64,000 nt of DNA from Terriglobia bacterium. GTDB lineage: Bacteria > Acidobacteriota > Terriglobia > 20CM-2-55-15. The DNA is taken from assembly GCA_965198225.1 (NCBI GenBank), contig CBDAOY010000005.1, positions 512,001-576,000 on the forward strand. Direction: 5' to 3'. The position numbers and the translations under genes are program-made. The notes below the pieces were generated by a model. That model searched no databases. It had not been told where the DNA came from and saw nothing but the letters and a program-made list of their open reading frames with translations. Each line of letters starts with the position of its first letter. The first letter of the stretch is position 1. Below are positions 53,432-61,939 of the stretch, in pieces.

Positions 53432-53618
53432 CAGCTATGAGGAGATCGTATCGCGCGAGAAGACGAATCTGGACCTCTTCTGGCTCAGGGACAAGAGCCT
53501 GACCGACCTGGACAACCTGCCCGAACCCGACGATCTCGCCGAAGACATCATCGAGAACCTCGGAGCCGGCCTCAATAGTTTTCGCGAGGTGCTCGCGGGT
53601 TTGCGGAAGGCAGAGTAG
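53432..53618 (+). pseudogene. hsdM: displaced C-terminus of HsdM
   Basis: SYEEIVSREKTNLDLFWLRDKSLTDLDNLPEPDDLAEDIIENL continues ...GRWRSYSYE at 45562. Confidence 0.9.
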
Positions 53619-53681
53619 TTGTGAGCAAATCGTCAGACGAGGGCGCGGACGCCTGGTGACGTGGAGATGTGGCAGGAATCC

Positions 53682-53795
53682 ATGAGTCTCAAAACCCGGC
53701 AGAACTGCTTGGTTCGGAAACTCCGCCGCCCGCCGCCGCGCAAGCATTCGGCTGAAGAGAAAACCCGAATTGTTGTTGGGGACTTCGCGGTACGG
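53682..53795 (+). pseudogene. IS3-family OrfA fragment
   Basis: RKHSAEEKTRIV. Confidence 0.55.
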
Positions 53796-53799
53796 CATC

Positions 53800-53936
53800 T
53801 CCGGTTCAAGCAGGTCCAGTATCGAAATCTCCTCCACCACGAACCGCGCCAGATGCGGCTCCAGAAACCAGTACTGGACCAATGATGGCAAGAAATGTGG
53901 CGTCTCTCGATCGACCGTTCGAAATCGTTCGCTCAT
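53800..53936 (-). pseudogene. IS1182-family transposase N-terminal fragment
   Basis: MSERFRTVDRETPHFLPSLVQYWFLEPHLARFVVE. Confidence 0.7.
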
Positions 53937-54004
53937 GCCCGCATTCTTATACCCCCCGTTGGCTGTTTAGGGTCCCGAAAGTACGGTAGGTCGCTGCTAA
54001 CGTC

Positions 54005-54480
54005 TCACTTCAACATACTGTCGATGGCATTCTTAGCGTTCGGGTTGCGGTCCATGATTTGCTTTACCGTCCGTACGGGGTCCATGTACCTACACAGTGG
54101 CCTGAGTTCTTCGGTTGCAAGTCGATAACAATGATAAGTAATCGCATAGAAGACATCCGCGCCGTGGATCTTTTGGAAAGTTGGAAGCCCGTGCAACGGT
54201 CTGAATAGAAATCTGAACGGATCGGAGAGAAGGTCTAATAGTGAATCATTGACACGGCTCTTTTCATTGTAAGCAATCAACGGTGCAGGATGCCCGGTGA
54301 GCTTAAAAAATTCTTTGTCGGAAGCATTGTCATAGTGCACTATTTCGAAGCCTCCGGTGCGAGCAGAACGGTCACCATAAATTAGAGCTATATCCGAAAT
54401 ATCCGGATAGATGTGCTTGACGGTCAGACTTATATCGATTGGGGTGCAGTCGTCGATACAGCACCAAGATTGCGGATTTC
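54005..54480 (-). CDS. hypothetical protein (low GC; start uncertain)
   Basis: Open frame 54005..54565 with lower GC; no motif recognised. Confidence 0.4.
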
Positions 54481-55056
54481 GCAAGCGGAGGGCATCCGCT
54501 CGTCGCCGTGTTCCGGGTATCCGGCCTGGCCCCGGTTCGCTCGATTGAACCAGCAGGTTCCGCAACAGTCCGAGCCTCCGTTCGGCATGACGTTGTCCTC
54601 GTGTGAAAAGTGATTCCAGGCCTGGAACGCGTTTTACGTTCCGGCCTTTTGCGCGTGAATATCGACGACCCCTTCTACACGTACTGCGCCCACCATCCGC
54701 ACCGGAGGCCCGATCGCGACTCCATACCGATCGGACCCGTGTGACTGTTCATGGGGGATGGGCCGACGGAATGGGTTTCGTCTCGAAGCCGCGTGTTGTG
54801 TGGCAAAGCTCGCCGGACACCGAGGAAATCCGTCAACACCTGCTTGACCTGCTCGAGTCGATGCAGGCCGCCACGGACGAAGATCGCTATCCTTTCGGGA
54901 TCGGTCTGGGGGAAACCATCCTCGCGCAACTCGCCGAGTTCAAGGAGCAACGGGCGGTCCCCGGCCTTGAGCGGATCGTCGAGCACGGCCCAGAAACATT
55001 GGCCGAAATCTCGAACGCCGCGCTGGCGGCAATCCGAAGATCCCGTTGACATGCTA

Positions 55057-55592
55057 CGGGTGCAATTAAACAAAGGTACCAAATCCGTCACAGAAATCGG
55101 GCCGCATTGCGGGGCTATCTATGGCCTCAGCGCGGGGGCTGAAAGCAGGAGCGGGGCTGCCAAGTAGGGTATGGTCTAGTTGGCAGTAATCTCGAGCTGC
55201 TGAAAGCCCGGTTTTTCGCACTCAGTGTCGGCAGAAATCTCTGGAAACCCTATTTGTCACCCCCAGACTGCCGAAACAGGATCCCGCCTGGCGCGTGCTC
55301 GGGTGGGTAGGGAGACATGAAATGCCACGGATGAGCATTCTAACTGCGAACGAGAAGGAAGCCCTCGAGTCGCCTCCGGATCGGTCGTTGCCTGGCAGCA
55401 CATCAACCTGCACGGCGAGTACGATTTCGCGGCCGAGAAGCTGCAAGATTCGGTCGGTCTGGAGGTGCCCAAAATCCGTCAGCTCGATGTGGGTTGAAAC
55501 TGGGAGTATGAATTTCGGCGCAAACGCTAGAGGCAACAAATGTTAACCGTGATCGCTATGACGGATTTGGTACCTTTGTTTAATTGCACCCC
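55057..55592 (+). mobile_element. Tn3-derived non-autonomous element (MITE-like), 536 bp
   Basis: IRs (C/G)GGGTGCAATTAAACAAAGGTACCAAATCCGTCA at both ends; inside, TnpA N-terminus MPRMSILTANEKEALESPP joined to C-terminus VAWQHINLHGEYDF. Confidence 0.88.
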
Positions 55593-55762
55593 ACGTTCGA
55601 CGATGTTGTGAATGTGGCACGACTGGCCCTAGAGGTGTCTCGGGCTGAGGCAGGTCAGGGGGGCCGAGACTAGTCTGCCGGCCCCGCGCACGAGGCGCGA
55701 AGCCGGCTTCGCTGCAAGATCAGGAGCCCGTGAGCGCAAGGCGCGACGGGCTCCGGGCTACG

Positions 55763-57319
55763 TCAGTTGTCGTTCGTCGAGGCGATGAACTCACGCGCCT
55801 CGGCGTAGCCCGGATCGTCGGCCGCGCCAATCCAGAAGTCGGCGAGCGTCGCGTAGCGCTCGCGGGCGGTGGCGCGATCCCCGACGGCTGCGGCAGCGCG
55901 GGCCGCGCCGAGCAGCGAACGCATCCGGTTCGTCATGCGGAGCAGCGAGGTCTCGAACTTCTCGAGCGCGTCGTCGTGGCGCCCGAGCCGCAGCAGGATC
56001 TCGCCGTACAGCTCGTACGGCGGCTTGACCGGGCTAGCCGCGCCGTTCGGCAGACGCAGCGTCTCGACGATGGCGATAGCCTCGTCCATCGAGGCTATCG
56101 CCGCCTCGGCCTCGCCTTCGGCCGCCTGAATCGAGGCGGTGACCTCCTTGTGGGCGATGCGATCTTGTGCGCCCCCGTTCTCGGCCCGCGCCGCCAGCGC
56201 CGCCTCGGCCTGGCGCGCCGTGGCCAGATCGCCGCTGCGGACCGCGCTCAGGCCCGTGGCCAGCAGCTCGTGCATCGACGAGTCGTCCGTGATCGGCTCG
56301 ACGCGCCACTGCTCGGTCTCCACCACGTAGCGGGCGTTGACCAGGGGCAGCGCGCTGACGGCTCGCGCCTGCCCGTCGCTGTCGGCGATGAGCCGTTCCA
56401 GCCTTTCGATCCAGACTCGGGCCTTGTCGTAGTCCCCGCGCTGCAGATCGCCGTACTGACCCCAGTCGAGCGAATGGACCGCGTCGCTGACGCTGTCGTC
56501 GGGCTCCCACAGAGCGATGGCCGCGTCGTGCGCCAACTGGTTGTGCTGCGAGACGAGGTTCCACATGCCGTGCTGGATGAAAATGTGCGTCGGCATGTGC
56601 CGCGCGTGCGAGACCGCCGGCGCTATCTCGGCGTAGCGGTGGGCCGCGTCGAGTGCCAGCGGGGCATGGATCGGATCGTCGAAGGCGTGAATGGTGTAGT
56701 GCACCGCTCCGGGATGGTCGCGGTTCTCGTTGAACACCTTCATCGCGATCGTGCCGGCCCGCACCTCAAGCCGCAACGACTGATCGCCGAGTGCGCGGGA
56801 TCCGGACAGCATCGAGAGCGCGTAGAACGTCGCCACCTCGTCGTCGTCGGGGTAGCGCTCGTAGAGCCGCTCCATCGCCTCCATGTAGCCGACCCGCCGC
56901 TCGTTGTAGATTCCCTCGTCGCTCCACAGGACCTCGACCGCTTCGAGGAAGCCCCTCTCGCGATCGGTCGGTGCCTTGGCGGCCCGCGCCGCCGGCGTCG
57001 GACCGAGCCGCGCGAGCACCGCGCGGGGATTCTCCTCGTCGAGGCCGGGCCCGCCGCCGAACAGCGGGTGGTTGTAGCTTAGCGTCTCTCCCCAGTACGC
57101 GAGAGCGAAGTCCGGCTCGATGGCCTGCGCGGCCTGGAACTGCTCGATGGCCTGCTTCCAGCCGAAGCTGTGCAGGATGGCGACGCCCCGCAGGAAATGG
57201 CGCTGCGCCTCCTCCGAACGCGCGGACGTCGGAAAGTCGAGCGACCCGACCTCGGCGAATTGCGCCGCGGCGGGCGCCGCGAGCAGGAGCGTGACGATCA
57301 GACAGATGGTAGCCTTCAT
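55763..57319 (-). CDS. secreted TPR-repeat protein
   Basis: Signal peptide MKATICLIVTLLLAAPAAAQ; HFLRGVAILHSF, HPGAVHYTIHAFD, HARHMPTHIF motifs. Confidence 0.85.
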   Translation of the reverse strand: MKATICLIVTLLLAAPAAAQFAEVGSLDFPTSARSEEAQRHFLRGVAILHSFGWKQAIEQFQAAQAIEPDFALAYWGETLSYNHPLFGGGPGLDEENPRAVLARLGPTPAARAAKAPTDRERGFLEAVEVLWSDEGIYNERRVGYMEAMERLYERYPDDDEVATFYALSMLSGSRALGDQSLRLEVRAGTIAMKVFNENRDHPGAVHYTIHAFDDPIHAPLALDAAHRYAEIAPAVSHARHMPTHIFIQHGMWNLVSQHNQLAHDAAIALWEPDDSVSDAVHSLDWGQYGDLQRGDYDKARVWIERLERLIADSDGQARAVSALPLVNARYVVETEQWRVEPITDDSSMHELLATGLSAVRSGDLATARQAEAALAARAENGGAQDRIAHKEVTASIQAAEGEAEAAIASMDEAIAIVETLRLPNGAASPVKPPYELYGEILLRLGRHDDALEKFETSLLRMTNRMRSLLGAARAAAAVGDRATARERYATLADFWIGAADDPGYAEAREFIASTNDN

Positions 57320-57519
57320 GGGATCCCCCGTTCCCGAGCAGCCTAGCACAATGCGGCGCGGTAAGCGCCTGAACGTACCCCGCGACAACGGCAGGAGGTC
57401 GCTGGCGAAGAAGTACGTGATGGATGGACTCTCTCGTTTCACTACAGGGCAGTACTCGGAGAATCTACCCGTGGGGTGCATGCTCGGCTACGTCCTCGAC
57501 GGCGATGTGAAGTACGTGG

Positions 57520-57630
57520 CTTTGACCAGGCTCCAAGTACTCGAAGAGGGTCTGCACGGGCACACGTGTTCCGGATAAAACAGGCCCCCCCCATGACGTC
57601 GCTCGACGTGGAAACCAAGGGCTTACTCAT
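57520..57630 (-). pseudogene. DUF433 antitoxin-like fragment
   Basis: VSTSSDVMGG then, frameshifted, SGTRVPVQTLFEYLE. Confidence 0.6.
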
Positions 57631-57678
57631 AGTTACATGCTATGCCCGATTCCTTGGCAGGGACAAGCTTTGTGCATC

Positions 57679-58483
57679 ATCGCGGTAGGACGGCCAGTTG
57701 CCCGAACCGCCCCCGCGCAGATCCCGGCGTGCCGTTTTCCGGCACCGGGCTCCTCAGAAGTACTCGCTTCCGCGTCCAGCATCAAGAAAGGGATGTTTCC
57801 TTTCCTCAGCCTTCTTTGCTATCGCCAGCAGTGAGGTTGGCATTGTTTGTTCCGGCCCTTCGTCGCCGGACAATGTTTCCTGTACCAGCTACGTACTTCT
57901 GTCCGCCCCTTCCCCATGTGATCGGCGCTACCGTCTCCGAGTAGTATGAGCGGATCTGACTCCCTGCGAATCATCGATGGCTCTTTGTTTGGTCGAGCCT
58001 GTCTACCCGTGGCTGTCGTCGATCAGGCGTCCAGTTCGTTTAGGCTCCGGCCTACCTGGGTCTGGGTTTCCCCGTGTGTGGGCTCACTACCCGTATGCCC
58101 TGCGATCTGTCGTCTCCGATCGCGTCTCAGCTCGGGAAACCGCAGGGTCTCCCAAGTTCCTGACGCTTCTCTGCATACATGCCACGCTCTAAGGTGGACC
58201 CCGGCAGACCCTCGCGAACCTCACCACAACGGTTCGTCTATGTTGGCTTCCGGTACCGTTAACACCGTCGCCGTCTGCATCAAACGCCATGACGGGGCTG
58301 TATCAAGCCTTGGAGGTCGCGGTCCCTCCTGCGGCCTGCATGCTTCCCTGTGTACGCTTCAACTGACTTGTTCGGCTTTCACCTCCGCAGTCGCAGTTGC
58401 AACACTCGGTAGGAGTGGGTAGTTAACCCTTTCTCCGCAGGGACTCGCACCCTGCAAGAAGCGCCAAGCTTCGCTTGGCGCAC
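57679..58483 (-). ncRNA. ORF-less group II intron (805 nt)
   Basis: 5' GTGCG at 58483; domain V GAGCCCGGTGCCGGAAAACGGCACGCCGGGATC; domain VI GGGGGCGGTTCGGGCAACTGGCCGTCCTACC; 3' end CGAT; no RT ORF. Confidence 0.88.
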
Positions 58484-58670
58484 TAACGGGCGGCGCTCAA
58501 CCGTGCCGAGCGAGCGGTGTTTAGCCATGAAGCTGTGATAGAAGCCTGTTGCAACGCTTCGCGAAGGCGGTTGTTTCAGTCAGCGGGGCTCTCCACCTCT
58601 GGGGACGCCTCTGAAACGCGATCCAGGGCGAGATTCCGGGGCCGAAACAAAGGCTGCGGGCGAGTAAATT

Positions 58671-58910
58671 ATGGGACTTCTGATCTTCCTGGCTGTCGTG
58701 TTCGTCGTGGCCGTTGTCGGTTCGCTGGCGTGGTTCTTTCGGAGTACCGGGCCAAGTCCCCCGACTCAAAAGCAACTGGCCCATATCGCGCGGCTCAAGA
58801 AGGAACGCAACGCGGATGATTTGGCCGATATCGAACCGTCGACCGTCGAGGGCGCAAGCTGGTTGATCAACCGGCTAAAGAATCGACCGCGCCGCAAATG
58901 GTTGGAATGA
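58671..58910 (+). CDS. small membrane-anchored hypothetical protein
   Basis: N-terminal TM and PPTQKQL...ASWLI motif. Confidence 0.55.
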   Translation: MGLLIFLAVVFVVAVVGSLAWFFRSTGPSPPTQKQLAHIARLKKERNADDLADIEPSTVEGASWLINRLKNRPRRKWLE

Positions 58911-59105
58911 GTAGCAGGGAACCTAGCGGTAAAGCGGTGGCCATAAGCAGCGGGCCGATCGACCTGAAAAGCCAATTGTCTGACGCCCGGACGCGTTCAA
59001 CTCGCCAGTGCCTGGGAAGGGCCGAACGCCGATTCTGAGCGACTCCGGACCTGTCCCTGTACAGGAGCCGCACCCACCCGGCCGCGGCCTCATCCGGACA
59101 GCCTG

Positions 59106-60590
59106 CTACTGGATCTCCGTCAGCACGTAGTCGCGCGCGGCGGCGCTGTGACAATTCTGGCATCCTTCGACCATGCCCTCAGCGTCCACGTTTCCGTTTG
59201 CCGCGCGCTTCAGCCAGTACCAGTCCCCGTGCTCCGGGTTGTAGCCGGCACTCTTGTACATGACCGTCACCGCGGCCAGCGTGCGGTCCGGCGTATAGTT
59301 CTCCTTGACGATGATCGAGCCGGCCGGCAGCGTGCCAGAAGAAAACGGGCCCGTTCTGCGCATCAATGCGTTCCGCGCGGTATCGTTGACGTACGTGATG
59401 AGCAGGGCGCCATGGGGCGACATGCCCGGTTGGAAGCGGCTCGTTCCGGGGAACAGCGGCCAGTCCGTGTACATCTCACTTTGGAGATAGCCCCAGACCG
59501 ATTGCGCGTTCGGCGCCGGCAGCGACAGGCGCTCATAATAGCCGGAGCCGACCAGGATCGGCAGGCCATGGGACACGACCCTCTTGACGAAAGCCACCTT
59601 GCCCTGCGACATTCCGGTGGCGGGATTGCGCGTCGAGTAGTACAGGAAGGTTTCACCGAACGCATCGCCGACGCTCACCACATCCCGACCGGCGAAAGGG
59701 CCGTCCAGATCGTCGTTCAACTCGGAAGCGCGGGAAAAGACGCCATACGTGTGGCTGTAGGGATAGCCGCTGAACAGCGTGTAGCCGTAGGTATCCAGGC
59801 CGAACACATAGATCGAACCACTGTTCCAGTGCGGATCGGTGGACAGCGCCCGGGTCGCGAAGTACCCCTGCGATTCCAGCTCCATTGCCGCGCAGCGGAC
59901 AAACACCTGCAGCCTCTCAACGGAAGGCGCCGCCTCAAGCCCCATGGCGTGGACCTCTTCCGCCTCGCAGGTGACGGGAAGGTCACGGCGGTAGACCCCC
60001 GCCCCGATCGCGGCCAGGTTTCCCTCCCAGTCGATGCCCTTGATGTAGGTCGCCTTCGGCTCCTCCCGGCCCGTTGAGGGGTTTGGGAACGAGTAATAGA
60101 GCCAGCCCTCACCGAAGCCGCTCACGATACGATGCTGTTCCTTGTAGTAGTCGTTGCCGAAGGCGTCGATGAGGAGTCCTAGCGAGGATCCTACCCTTGG
60201 AGGAGCGGGCGGCCAAACGAACAGTCGCGCCTGATCGCTCATCGGGGTCGCTTCGGAGACGAAGACATAGATGGCCCCGCTCTTCCAACGCGTATCCTCG
60301 TGAAAGGCCCGCCGGGCCTCCTCAAATCCCATTTCCTGGACATACTCATAGGCGCATTGGACAAACGCTTGAACGTCCTCCGTTGTGCTTACCGCGCTGG
60401 CGACAATGGATTTATCCGCGCAAGACAGGGGTTCGGTTCCCGCCCGGGGAGCGCGCGGGGCGGGCGTGGACTGCAGAGCTGCAAAGATCAAGAGCAGCCC
60501 GGCGATTGCGGTTAGCTTCACCCAGCCGGAAATTCGGGGGAGACGATCAGCCACAAACTGTGCGATTAAGATGCCCATGCCTACCTCCAA
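59106..60590 (-). CDS. exported tandem Cache-domain protein fused to a cytochrome P460-family domain
   Basis: Two repeats (FVxCA...WxSGxIYVF...YYS..NP.TG...K..xVK); C-terminal PHG...LPAGSIIVKENY...VMYK...GDWYW...CQNCH. Confidence 0.82.
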   Translation of the reverse strand: MEVGMGILIAQFVADRLPRISGWVKLTAIAGLLLIFAALQSTPAPRAPRAGTEPLSCADKSIVASAVSTTEDVQAFVQCAYEYVQEMGFEEARRAFHEDTRWKSGAIYVFVSEATPMSDQARLFVWPPAPPRVGSSLGLLIDAFGNDYYKEQHRIVSGFGEGWLYYSFPNPSTGREEPKATYIKGIDWEGNLAAIGAGVYRRDLPVTCEAEEVHAMGLEAAPSVERLQVFVRCAAMELESQGYFATRALSTDPHWNSGSIYVFGLDTYGYTLFSGYPYSHTYGVFSRASELNDDLDGPFAGRDVVSVGDAFGETFLYYSTRNPATGMSQGKVAFVKRVVSHGLPILVGSGYYERLSLPAPNAQSVWGYLQSEMYTDWPLFPGTSRFQPGMSPHGALLITYVNDTARNALMRRTGPFSSGTLPAGSIIVKENYTPDRTLAAVTVMYKSAGYNPEHGDWYWLKRAANGNVDAEGMVEGCQNCHSAAARDYVLTEIQ

Positions 60591-60980
60591 TTCCTCTGCC
60601 TGTGCGTCGTCAGAACATTTCGGACAAAAACCTCGTTTTGCGAAGAGGTGGTTTTCAAGTTATACGACTCCAGTCTTTAAGATCGACGATTCTGCGATGA
60701 GCCAGGGTCCGCTGCTTGATTCTCTCCCTTCAACATATTGGAAAGGACCGCCCGCAATTCGTTGTTCCAAATAGTCTCCGGACTAAACTTGATGTCGGGC
60801 TCGAATCACGCCAGTGTGCTTCTGTCTCATTCCGCGCACGGCACAACTAAAAACCCTACGCGCCGTTGCCGCCTCGATCTCCATGATCGACCCGAACCCC
60901 GTGCCGATGCCAGCGTGGCAGCCGACACTGACTCATGCACCCATGCCACGCGAAGGTCCAGACCCCCCCGGTGAGCGTGG

Positions 60981-61592
60981 CACCGAGGGGGAAAAGGTCG
61001 CATGTTTCGACGGCCTGGGGATCGGCCGGGACCTGTTGCCGCGCCGGGTCTACAAGGGAGCGGCCGGCCAACAGAAACGGCTCTTCGCGCTGAAACTTCC
61101 CATCGCCGTGGACACCGAAACCGCCACGTTCGTCTATGTCGATCCGGGACATGAAACCGCTTACGGAATCCGCGCATGGGGGAGCGCGCATCGGCGGCTT
61201 TGGGATGCCCTTCTGGCGCAGGGCATCCCGGTCCGGGTCGTGGCGATTGCGCGGAGCCGGGAAGCCAGGGCGCGTGCCGGGCAAAGGTGCGCGATCTGGG
61301 CCCAGGCCACGCCGGGGACCCGGAAGAAGGGGATGACGGCGAAGCAGGAAATCGAGCATATCAAGCGGGCAATCATCGCGACCAGGCCGTACTGGACAGC
61401 TATGGGGGGCTCAATGCGGCCTACGGGCGCAAGGAGGAGCTGGATCGAAACCCCGAGCTGAATTTGGGTGATGGGGTGTCGATTACCGACTACCGCGCCA
61501 TCTGTTCCAGGCGGGTTCAGGTGCTCGAAAACGGGTCCCGGGCCGAGGCGGAAGACGAGCGGGAGGAGACATGGCGTGGGGAGGCGGTTTGA
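60981..61592 (+). pseudogene. 5'-truncated, frameshifted homologue of 21057..22055
   Basis: TEGEKVACFDGLGIGRDLLPRRVYKGAAG...FALKLPIA...VDPGHET...GMTAKQEIEHI shared. Confidence 0.88.
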
Positions 61593-61619
61593 GGGCCGGC
61601 CGGGTCCTAATCCGGGGGT

Positions 61620-61765
61620 TTTCCTGTTACAAAGACCCCCTTTTTCTGTTACGCGGACAGAGGGGGGTATGTAACACGATTCCGGGGCGGTATGTAACAA
61701 ACCCCCTTCCATCAGGCTGCTCATTCTCCGGTTCTTATCCCGAAATACCCGGCCCGAGCGTGACG
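61620..61765. promoter_or_regulatory. putative oriT-like site, variant 2
   Basis: TGTTAC at 61625 and 61647, GTAACA at 61671 and 61694, then the core shared with 22165-22232. Confidence 0.55.
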
Positions 61766-61939
61766 CAACGCAAAGAGCGGGGAGGCTCGGATCCGGGGCG
61801 GAACGGGAGGCGGGAAGCGCCGGGGCCGGCGCGGGCAGCAGGAACCAAAACCGGCGCGGGGCGCGGACCGGAAACGGGCCCCGGCCGGACCGAAGATCGG
61901 GGCGGGTTGTGACCTGGAAAGCAGTCGGAGGATAGCTCA

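Noticed and set aside
57679-58483. Retron, DGR or other RT-based system
   Set aside because: No reverse transcriptase ORF (no YADD-type motif) in the window; only the intron RNA is present.
58484-58600. Complete integron cassette array
   Set aside because: Only one partial attC-like site was seen, with no integrase and no repeated attC sites found by eye.
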